A stretch of 53,638 nucleotides of DNA from the NCBI GenBank assembly GCA_009886115.1, contig VFJJ01000103.1, positions 1 to 53,638 on the forward strand. Reading direction: 5' to 3'. This stretch comes from Actinomycetota bacterium. GTDB lineage: Bacteria; Actinomycetota; Acidimicrobiia; IMCC26256; VFJJ01. Below the pieces are notes generated by a model. It was not told the origin of the DNA. It saw nothing but the letters and a program-made list of their open reading frames with translations, and made no database searches. Below are positions 18,262 through 26,294 of this stretch, piece after piece; position 1 is the stretch's first letter; the number at the start of each line of letters is the position of its first letter. Made by a program: the position numbers and the translations under genes.

Positions 18262-19068
18262 GTGTCGCAGATCGCTGGCCGCGGCCAGGGGGAGGGGAAC
18301 GAGGTGGACGATGTCACGGTTGGTGGTGACGGGCCTGTCGTCGTGCTGGGGCACGCGCTCACGACCGACCAACGGATCTTGAACCATCAGCGACAGCGGC
18401 TCTCTACGCGGTATCGGGTCGTCACCTGGGACGCTCGGGGGCATGGTCAACGTCCCTCACCGGATGGACCGTTCTCCTACGCCGACCTGGCGCGCGATCT
18501 CGGCGCACTGCTGCGAGACCAGGGGGCCACTCGGGCGGTGGTCGGAGGCGTGAGCCAGGGAGCCTTTGTGGCCCTCGAGTTGGCGCTCCTGGAACCCGAA
18601 CTCGTTGCCGGCTTGATCCTGATCTCGTGTCAGGCTGGGATCGAGCCGCCCGAGGTGGTCCCACCCCAGCGGGAAGCGATCGCGGGCTGGGCGCGAGACG
18701 GCCTCGACCCGGCATTCGCCAGTTGGATGGCGACGATGAACTTCGGGCCTGACTTCCCCGGCAACGAGGAGTGGTTGTCGTATTGGGCTGGCCGCGACGG
18801 GCGGTGTTACGTCGAGGCGTTCGAGGCCCTGTTCTCCCGGCCGGACTACACGGCTGCCCTGTCGTCGATCACGGCGAAGGCGATCGTGATCCGCGGCGAG
18901 CACGACGGGTGGATCACCGACGAGCGCGCACGAGCACTCGCGGCCGGCCTTCGGGACGGGGGTGAGCTCGTCACGATTGCCGGCGCATCCCACGTCCCGA
19001 CCCTCACGCACCCTGAGGCAACGACGGCGGCGATCGAGTCGTTTCTCGACGGGCTCGAGCCGTGGTGA
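18262..19068 (+). CDS. Alpha/beta fold hydrolase
   Basis: WDARGHG, nucleophile elbow GVSQG, GEHD, ASHVP. Confidence 0.88.
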   Translation: MSQIAGRGQGEGNEVDDVTVGGDGPVVVLGHALTTDQRILNHQRQRLSTRYRVVTWDARGHGQRPSPDGPFSYADLARDLGALLRDQGATRAVVGGVSQGAFVALELALLEPELVAGLILISCQAGIEPPEVVPPQREAIAGWARDGLDPAFASWMATMNFGPDFPGNEEWLSYWAGRDGRCYVEAFEALFSRPDYTAALSSITAKAIVIRGEHDGWITDERARALAAGLRDGGELVTIAGASHVPTLTHPEATTAAIESFLDGLEPW

Positions 19069-19195
19069 CGACCTGCTGAGGCGGTAAGGGCCGGGGCTCG
19101 TCATCTTCGAGTGGCTGGCACCATCCAGACGCCGAATTCGCACCGCCTCGGCGATCACCGCCGCCTGGTTGAGGCAGCCCAGGCCACGGCGCCAG

Positions 19196-19378
19196 CTCAG
19201 CTCCTGTCGCGCCCGTTGCCTCCCCGACGGTCTTGACGACGTCGATGCTCTTGACCTCGCAGGCCCGAGGGTCGGCGGGGTCGACCCACTCGTAGTCGTA
19301 CTTGCCGTGCGCTGTCGGAATGAGCGCCATGTCCTTGCCCATCCAGGTGAGCTCCAGCCGCGCCTTCGGAGACCTCAT
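19196..19378 (-). pseudogene. N-terminal remnant of a site-specific (type III Mod-like) DNA methyltransferase
   Basis: MRSPKARLELTWMGKD...YEWVDPADPR..EVKSI resembles Mod N-termini; breaks before the NLLIxGD/DPPY region; ATGA overlap with the ATPase gene. Confidence 0.65.
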
Positions 19379-20658
19379 GACCTGTCATCCTCCAACGAAT
19401 CCTTAGCCTTGGAGACCCCGTCCCACAGTGCGGCGACCGGGACCGCCCACACCCGTTCACCGAGGCGTGCGGTGAGCGGACCCGTGTGGAACAGAATGCC
19501 GCACTGGTAACGGTCGCCGAGGCGATCCCGAAGGAACGTCAGGCCGCTGGCGTCGCGCTGGTTCACGGATCGGGCGGACTTCACCTCGATGGCCACCACG
19601 TTGCCGTCGGGGCGTTCGATGATGATGTCGACCTCGACCCCCGATCGATCGCGGAAGTGGGCGAACGTGAGCGCTTCGTCGATGGTGGTCGCCTGCCGCG
19701 TCAGTTCGGCGACCACGAACGATTCGAGGAACGCACTGCCCATTGCGGCGGTGGCGAGGCGGTGCGCCGAGAGCGACAGGACACCGGCGGCGAGTCCGGT
19801 GTCGGTGACGTGGACCTTCGCCCGGTGCCCGGTCTTGGCGGAGACGCCGACCGTCCAGCCGGGCAGCTCGGTGGTCAGGTAGAGGCGCTCCAGCAGCCGT
19901 CGGTACGTGGACGCTGTCGGCTGGGTGACGTCGAGCGCCTGTGACAGCTCGGTGTTGACCGCGATCGACGAGGTCCGTTGGGCGATGAGCCGGTAGAGCC
20001 GTGACAGTGCCCCCGAGTGGCGAACGTCGATGAGGTCGGGCAAATCGCGATCGGTCACGGTCGCCAGGTAGCTCGCGAACCAGCGGGTTCGTTGCGCCGG
20101 CGTCGCACGCCGGAGGGCCGCCGGGTAGCCACCCGCAGCGACCACATCGAAGACGTCGCTTCGTTCGAGGGTCGTGCGGAAGTTGCGCGGCTCGCCTGCG
20201 GCAAGCAGCTCGGCCAACCACCGATGCATCGCACCGAAGACTTCAGCGGCAGCGAGCGGCATGAGCGAGAGCCGATGTGCTCGACCCGTGAGCGTCTCGG
20301 TCCCAGGCGGCAACAGGAACGAGCTCACCGACCCGGCGAGCAGGAAACGACCCGTGCCACCTTGGCGATCGACGACACGCTTGACGGAGGAGAGCACCTC
20401 CGGGGCGCGATGGAACTCGTCGATCGCCACGAGCCCTGGCGATGCCAGTGCGGATCCGACGTCCTCGCGAACGAGCTGGAGCACGCTGTCGTCGTCGAGG
20501 TCGAGCACGAGCGCGTTCCGTCGACGGGCGATCGAGCGCAGCAGCGTGGACTTGCCGGACCCGCGAGGGCCTTCGAGCAGGATCGCCGGCTCTTCGTCGA
20601 GCAGCCGGTCGATGAACGGATCGGCCCACCGTTCCACGTGCTCGATCGTCGGGATCAC
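19375..20658 (-). CDS. AAA+ ATPase (AAA_14) with wHTH and DUF4143 PD-(D/E)xK domain
   Basis: GPRGSGKST, IDEFHR, LAGS, LTGR, GGYP, DTGL, EVDIIIE...IEVKS. Confidence 0.92.
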   Translation of the reverse strand: MIPTIEHVERWADPFIDRLLDEEPAILLEGPRGSGKSTLLRSIARRRNALVLDLDDDSVLQLVREDVGSALASPGLVAIDEFHRAPEVLSSVKRVVDRQGGTGRFLLAGSVSSFLLPPGTETLTGRAHRLSLMPLAAAEVFGAMHRWLAELLAAGEPRNFRTTLERSDVFDVVAAGGYPAALRRATPAQRTRWFASYLATVTDRDLPDLIDVRHSGALSRLYRLIAQRTSSIAVNTELSQALDVTQPTASTYRRLLERLYLTTELPGWTVGVSAKTGHRAKVHVTDTGLAAGVLSLSAHRLATAAMGSAFLESFVVAELTRQATTIDEALTFAHFRDRSGVEVDIIIERPDGNVVAIEVKSARSVNQRDASGLTFLRDRLGDRYQCGILFHTGPLTARLGERVWAVPVAALWDGVSKAKDSLEDDRS

Positions 20659-20680
20659 GCTCCCAGCCTAGCTCAAACCG

Positions 20681-20772
20681 ACGAATCGTCCCGCGCCAAC
20701 TTGCATGATCGTCCCAGCGCTCTTTACATGATCGTCCCATGTCTGGTTTCACGATCGTCCCGGCCTCCGATC
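20681..20772. repeat. Array of four ATCGTCCC-core repeats at 23-bp period with unique spacers
   Basis: Core at 20685, 20708, 20731, 20754; consensus CA(T/C)GATCGTCCC + 11 variable nt. Confidence 0.85.
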
Positions 20773-21082
20773 GTTGTGATGTGACACCCTCGAGCGAGGC
20801 TTGACGTCGACAACCCAAGGAGGCCGTGATGGTTGTGTATGTGACCCATCAAGGGCCGTCTCAAGAAGCGGGCGCTGGATCTCGTCGAGGTGGCCGAGTG
20901 GCCCGGCTGGACCTTCGGCTACTGACCCACACGACGACCGGTCGCGACCCGCTTGGTCCCGGATTGGTCCTTCTCAGGTCCTTCCTCCAAACGCACAGGG
21001 CGAAACTGGACGCACCCAGAAGGACACAAAAGACCAGCTCAGAGGCACAACGGCCGAATCGCCGCAGCCCGCAAAACCCCTG

Positions 21083-22165
21083 CTACACGTTGAAGCGGAT
21101 CTCGAGGACATCGCCGTCGTCGACGACGTAGTCCTTGCCTTCGACGCGGAGCTTGCCGACGTCCTTGGCTTTCGACCAGGAGCCGATCTCGAGGAGCTCG
21201 TCCCAGCGGATGACCTCGGCCCGGATGAAGCCGCGCTGGAGGTCGGAGTGGATCACGCCGGCGCACTCGGGGGCCTTGGCGCCGGCCCGGAAGGTCCAGG
21301 CGCGGCTCTCCTTGTCGCCGGTGGTGAGGAACGTGCGCCGGCCCAGCATGTGGTACGCCGAGCGGGCCACCCGGGGCACGACGCCTTCGCCGAGACCGAG
21401 CCCCTCGAGGAGCTCGGTGCGCTCGGACGGGTCGAGGCGCGAGGCTTCCATCTCGAGCTGGAGGCAGGCGGCGACGGCATCGGGACCGAACGGCGCGGCG
21501 ATGGCGGTACCCGACTCGATCTGGTCGTCGCCGATGTTCACCACGACCAACGTGGGCTTGGCCGTGAGCACGAACGCCTTGCGCAGCACGTCGATGTCGT
21601 CGGGGGAGAGGCCGCCCGTCGAAAGTGCAGCAGCCCGATACAAGGGCGTGCCGGCCTGGAGGAACGGCAGCGCCCGGTCCATCACCTCGACCTCGCCGAC
21701 GAGTGACTTGTCGGTCTTGGCGGCCTTGCGGCGGCGCTCGACGAGGGCCGTGAGCATGTCGAGATCGGCCACGACGAGCTCGAACTCGAGGGTCTCGAGA
21801 TCGTCGGCGGGATCGGTGTCGCCCATCACGTTGGCGTCTTCGAACGCCCGCAGCACGAAGAGGATGGCGTCGACCTCGCGAAGCGAGCCGAGGAACCGGT
21901 TCCCCAAGCCCTGACCGGTGTTGGCGCCCTTGACGAGCGCCGCGATGTCGACCATCTCGAACCCGGTGTGGACCGTCTTCTTCGACTCCGACATGGCCGC
22001 GAGCCGCAGCAGACGGTCGTCGGGGACGGTGGCGATCCCGACCGTGCTCTCGGTGGTGGAGAAGGGGTGCGGCGCGACCACGGCCTCGCCACCGGTGAGC
22101 GCGTTGAAGAGGGTCGACTTCCCCGAGTTGGGCAGACCGAGCAGACCCAGACGTTCCATTGCCAT
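21083..22165 (-). CDS. ychF: Redox-regulated ATPase YchF
   Basis: GLPNSGKSTLFNALT, PFST, DIAALVKGA..GQGLGNRFL, AGVIHSD..RGFIRAEV, EGKDYVVDDGDV. Confidence 0.97.
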   Translation of the reverse strand: MAMERLGLLGLPNSGKSTLFNALTGGEAVVAPHPFSTTESTVGIATVPDDRLLRLAAMSESKKTVHTGFEMVDIAALVKGANTGQGLGNRFLGSLREVDAILFVLRAFEDANVMGDTDPADDLETLEFELVVADLDMLTALVERRRKAAKTDKSLVGEVEVMDRALPFLQAGTPLYRAAALSTGGLSPDDIDVLRKAFVLTAKPTLVVVNIGDDQIESGTAIAAPFGPDAVAACLQLEMEASRLDPSERTELLEGLGLGEGVVPRVARSAYHMLGRRTFLTTGDKESRAWTFRAGAKAPECAGVIHSDLQRGFIRAEVIRWDELLEIGSWSKAKDVGKLRVEGKDYVVDDGDVLEIRFNV

Positions 22166-22175
22166 TGGCCCGAGG

Positions 22176-23327
22176 CTACCGGGGGCGCCGCGACCAGCCG
22201 GAAGAGAGCTGCTCGACGCTCACGCCCTTGGGGAGGACGGCCTCCACGTGCATCTCCAGCACGCGCTCGTCAGCCTCGGTCGGCGTGAGACCGGTGAGGC
22301 TTCGGGGCCAGAGTCGCCACGCCTTCACCACGTTGAGCTCGGCGCTCAGGATCGTGAGTTGCGCCAGGAGGAAGAAGAACGAAAGAAGTCCGATGACTGT
22401 TCCAAACGTCCCATACGTTGCGGCTTCGTCGCGCAGCGCTGCGTTGTACACCCAGGTGCCGAGGAACTGCAGCGCGAACCAGAGCGTGCTGGCCAGCGTG
22501 GCGCCAGGGACCAGCTCGCGCCAGCGCAACCGACGGCTCGTCAGCACTTGGAAGGCCAGCACGAAGACGCCGACGTTCACGATCCAGGAACCGCCGAGCA
22601 GCGCCACCCGTCCGAGCGCGGCGAGCCCCTCGAGCCGGGTCGCGATGTTCGCCACGACGGCCGTCCCGATCGAACCCAGCCCGATCACCCCCAACGCCCC
22701 CATGGCTCGGAGGCGTCGCTTCAGGGGGTTCGGCCAGTCGCGCCGGGGCACGTACCAGATGCGGTTCATGGCCGTCTGGGCTGCGTACATGGCGCCCATA
22801 CCGGCGAAGAGTGCGCCTCCCACGCCAATGACGAGTGCCAGGGGGCTCCCCGTGAGCGATCCCGGTTCCGTGATCTCGTTGCCGATCACCGGGAGCTGAG
22901 CCAGCGCCGAATCAACGAGATCGGCGCTCAGCTCGGGTCGGCCGTCGAGCACGAAGCCCAGCACCGTGACCGCCGCCAGGATGAGCGGGAAGATCGAGAA
23001 GAACGAGTAGTAGGCCACGAGGGCGGCGAGGTCACCGGCTCGATCGTCGGTGAACTTCTTCACCACGCCAGCCACGAACGACAGCCGGCGACGGCGAGCC
23101 TGAGCCCGGTCGAGCATCACCAGGTAGCGCCTCGGGGAATCGGGCGAGACCGGAGGCTGAATCCACCGGGATCGATCCGTTGGCTCGCCTGTGGCTGGCG
23201 ACGGCGGGTTCGCGGCGGATGGGCGACGACACCGATCGAGGGCGATGGTCGCCACGACGATCGCCAGCGCCCACAGGGCGTCGTTGCGGCTCGACCGATC
23301 GTCGCGCGGCCGTCGTCTCGTCACCAT
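22176..23327 (-). CDS. YihY/virulence factor BrkB family membrane protein
   Basis: DRAGDLAALVAYYSFFSIFPL, AMNRIW, YGTFGTVIGLL...GAELN-like motif; multiple TM segments. Confidence 0.9.
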   Translation of the reverse strand: MVTRRRPRDDRSSRNDALWALAIVVATIALDRCRRPSAANPPSPATGEPTDRSRWIQPPVSPDSPRRYLVMLDRAQARRRRLSFVAGVVKKFTDDRAGDLAALVAYYSFFSIFPLILAAVTVLGFVLDGRPELSADLVDSALAQLPVIGNEITEPGSLTGSPLALVIGVGGALFAGMGAMYAAQTAMNRIWYVPRRDWPNPLKRRLRAMGALGVIGLGSIGTAVVANIATRLEGLAALGRVALLGGSWIVNVGVFVLAFQVLTSRRLRWRELVPGATLASTLWFALQFLGTWVYNAALRDEAATYGTFGTVIGLLSFFFLLAQLTILSAELNVVKAWRLWPRSLTGLTPTEADERVLEMHVEAVLPKGVSVEQLSSGWSRRPR

Positions 23328-23434
23328 CCCTCGACGGTAGAGGACGCACGCTCCGCCGTTCCGGGTGGCGGCGCGGCCCGCCCGTGCGGCTAGTGTGCGG
23401 GCCCCGCCCAATCGTCACGTCTCGGAGCCCGGCC

Positions 23435-23521
23435 ATGAGCAAGAAGACCAAGAAGCGCAGGCTGCGCGCCCGTCGCAGCAAGGCCAACCACGGCAAGCGT
23501 CCGTTGGTCGGCCGCCGGTAG
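23435..23521 (+). CDS. 50S ribosomal protein bL37-like
   Basis: MSKKTKKRRLRARRSKANHGKRP..., basic peptide carrying the KANHGKRP signature of actinobacterial bL37; GGAG upstream. Confidence 0.88.
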   Translation: MSKKTKKRRLRARRSKANHGKRPLVGRR

Positions 23522-23634
23522 TTGTCGGCCGCTGGTGGTCGTCGGTTGACGGCCACCGCAGCACGAACGCCACAATGTGAGCAGCCCCGACGCCGCGGCG
23601 ATGCCGCGGCGTTGTCGCGCCGTCGGGGCGGGCG

Positions 23635-25032
23635 TCAACGATCGGGCTGCGGGTGGCGCTGCTGGCCTTCGATCCGCTCCCTGATGACCTGATCGGCACC
23701 GACCGTGCCGCCGCTGCCGGGTCGGGGCCGTTGCGCCGGCGGGACGATCGGAGCCCGGGGGGCGCCGCTCGGGTCGGGGCGGGGCGGGGGGCTCGCCACC
23801 GGAGCGGGCGGGAGCCATTGACCCGACGGCGTACCGGACGGGGCCGTCGCCGCCCACGGATCGGGCTGCTGTGGCTGCGCGTACTGCTGGGGCTGGGTGT
23901 ACTGCGGGCGCGGCGCGTACTGCTGTGGCTGGGGTGCAGGCACCTGCTGGGCTGCCGGAGGTCGGTAGGTGACCGTCGGTGGAGCTGCCGGCTGATGCTC
24001 GTAGGCCTCCCAACCCTCACGCGACAACGCGACGGAATCGCCCCGACGCAGTCGGGCACCACGGCCGCCACCACTCGTTGCGGCGCCCGCGGCGCCGGCC
24101 GCCGCTGCGGGACGCCGCCCCGGCGCACCCGAGTCGGGCTGGCGGGCGGGTCTCGCACCTCCCGACCGAGCGCCACGCATGGCAAAAGCCGAGCCGGTGT
24201 TGGCGAACCAGGCTGCTCGACGGGCGACCGTCAGCACGATGCCCACCGCGGCGGCAACGAGCCCGAGCGCGACGAGCAGGAAGGTCCGCGACCGGAGGTC
24301 GTCGGTGACCGCAGCGATCAGGGTCCTCACGGCGGACTTCGATGCGCCGTCGTGCACCCGCGACAGCACAGCAGCACGGCCCAGCGACATCGTGGCCAGC
24401 GTGATTCCCGCGCCGATGGCCACGCCGACACCGCCCATGATGAGCGTCCCGGCCCGATTGGGCGACAGCACGAAGGCGGCCGCGAACAGTCCGATCGCCA
24501 AGACGACCGTGAGCGTGGCTGCGCTTCGCGCCCATCCGCCGTAGCGGTGCAGGCCCGGCAGGTCGCCGGGATCGACGAGCTGGACCGGTCCGACCTGAGC
24601 CGCCGTGGGGAGGAGCGCGCCCAGCCCGGGCTGGAGCTCATCGGCGATCTGACGGATCTGCGGTTCAACGGTGGCGAGGTCGAACACCAGACCGTCGTCG
24701 GTCTCGTCGAACACCGACTCGTGGGCGCTGGCGACGGCAGCGCCGAACACCTCGGCGAAACCGGGCGAGTCGACGACATCGGCGGTGGCCCGCTCGACCA
24801 CCGGCCGCTGTGCGGCGAGCTGCGGATCGACCTGCAGCATGATGGCGTCGGTGATGCGAGTGGCCAGCACATCGCGAACGGCCGAGCTGTCGAGAACGCT
24901 CGTGGTCGTGGTGGCGAACTGCTGGCTGTCGAGGAGCTGAGCACGAGCCCACAACGTGAAGCTGGCGAAGACCGTGCTGGCGACGGCCAAGCTCACGAGC
25001 CAGGCCGCCAGCGCTCGTCTGACCACGATCAC
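23635..25032 (-). CDS. Hypothetical membrane protein with Pro/Gln-rich C-terminus
   Basis: N-terminal TM, extracytoplasmic helical region, 3 TMs, low-complexity PQPQQY tail. Confidence 0.75.
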   Translation of the reverse strand: MIVVRRALAAWLVSLAVASTVFASFTLWARAQLLDSQQFATTTTSVLDSSAVRDVLATRITDAIMLQVDPQLAAQRPVVERATADVVDSPGFAEVFGAAVASAHESVFDETDDGLVFDLATVEPQIRQIADELQPGLGALLPTAAQVGPVQLVDPGDLPGLHRYGGWARSAATLTVVLAIGLFAAAFVLSPNRAGTLIMGGVGVAIGAGITLATMSLGRAAVLSRVHDGASKSAVRTLIAAVTDDLRSRTFLLVALGLVAAAVGIVLTVARRAAWFANTGSAFAMRGARSGGARPARQPDSGAPGRRPAAAAGAAGAATSGGGRGARLRRGDSVALSREGWEAYEHQPAAPPTVTYRPPAAQQVPAPQPQQYAPRPQYTQPQQYAQPQQPDPWAATAPSGTPSGQWLPPAPVASPPPRPDPSGAPRAPIVPPAQRPRPGSGGTVGADQVIRERIEGQQRHPQPDR

Positions 25033-25229
25033 CCCCGGGACTCACGGCGCCACGACCGGCGCCACACCACCAGTATCGGCCAGAACGGCCGTCAGCTGGT
25101 GCCACCTCGACCAGAATGCGCCTGGCGAGCGCGGCGAGCCCCGCACCGCCGGCTGCGAGCAACGGGTAAACCTCCACCCGTCGGCCCGCGAACGCGTCGT
25201 CGGACCACCGGGGCCCTACGCTGCAGACG

Positions 25230-26294
25230 GTGCCTTGTCGGAGCGTGCGATCTGGCCTGATGCTGGCTGTCACCGTCGCCACGATCGCCGGCACAGGCGT
25301 CGGATGCTCCGACAGCCAGGCTCCGGCGAGCACCGCCACCCCGTCGGCGTCGATCCCGATCGGCGATCAAGCGGCGGTGCCTGCCAACGAATCTGCCAAC
25401 GAATCGCCCGACGGACCGACGGGCGGATCGGGCAGCGAATCCCCCATCGGCCCGACCGCCGATACGGCCGCCGACCCGAGCCTCAGCGCCGGCGCCGTCG
25501 CCCCGGCCCCGGGGAACCCGACCGGGCCGGCCAGCCCGGGTCCGTTCGATCTTCTTCGCCGACGGCTCCCCGACACGGTGCCGGACGGGCCGGCCCTCGG
25601 TCAGCTGCTCGCGACCGTCGAGGCTGCGATACGCGACCCGGCGACGACCATGCCCGACCTGGCCGCGTGGGGCGCCCTCCAGCAACGTTCGTACCGGTTG
25701 CTGCGGTCGCGCCCGGAATGGGTCGAGGAAGCGGTCACCCAGGTGCCAGAGGGTCTGCTGCGCGATGCCGTGCAGCGCAACGCCCTGGCCGGAGGCCGCC
25801 TCTCGGCCACGACGCCGCCCCAGACCGAGCTCCCCGACTGGGAGATCGTGGCTCCCCTGGCGCCCGCCGAGCTGCTCGCCATCTACCACGAAGCCGGGGA
25901 GCGCTTCGGGATCCCCTGGGCCTACCTCGCGGCGATCAATCTCATCGAGACCCGGATGGGCCGGATCCGGGGCCTGAGCACCGCCGGAGCCCAGGGGCCC
26001 ATGCAGTTCCTCCCGTCGACGTGGGCGGAGTTCGGGCTCGGGGGCGACATCGACGATGTGAGGGACGCGGTCCACGCCGCGGCGAACTACCTCGCAGCGC
26101 GTGGCGGCCCCGACGACATGGACCGGGCGATCTTCGCCTACAACCGGAGCGACGCCTACGTCGTGGCCGTCACCATGTACGCCCGCACGATGCTCGACGA
26201 CGAACGGGCGTTCCTCGGATACTGGCACTGGCAGGTGTACTACCGAACCGTCGACGGCGACGTCTTGCTCCCCGAAGGCTGGACCCGCCCCTGA
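25230..26294 (+). CDS. Lytic transglycosylase (SLT domain) lipoprotein
   Basis: LAAINLIET, STAGAQGPMQFLPSTW, AAANYL, AIFAYN; probable lipobox GVG-C. Confidence 0.9.
   Translation: MPCRSVRSGLMLAVTVATIAGTGVGCSDSQAPASTATPSASIPIGDQAAVPANESANESPDGPTGGSGSESPIGPTADTAADPSLSAGAVAPAPGNPTGPASPGPFDLLRRRLPDTVPDGPALGQLLATVEAAIRDPATTMPDLAAWGALQQRSYRLLRSRPEWVEEAVTQVPEGLLRDAVQRNALAGGRLSATTPPQTELPDWEIVAPLAPAELLAIYHEAGERFGIPWAYLAAINLIETRMGRIRGLSTAGAQGPMQFLPSTWAEFGLGGDIDDVRDAVHAAANYLAARGGPDDMDRAIFAYNRSDAYVVAVTMYARTMLDDERAFLGYWHWQVYYRTVDGDVLLPEGWTRP

Noticed and set aside
20681..20772. CRISPR array interpretation of the 23-bp-period repeats
   Set aside because: Repeat (12 bp) and spacer (11 bp) are far below CRISPR sizes, and no cas genes are present
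20826..20925. Small ORF behind AAGGAGG, or fragment LDLVEVAEWPGWTFGY
   Set aside because: No coherent frame or recognisable family; treated as island debris
17225..21110. attL/attR direct repeat of the ychF 3' end
   Set aside because: No second copy seen by eye, so no mobile_element feature was called
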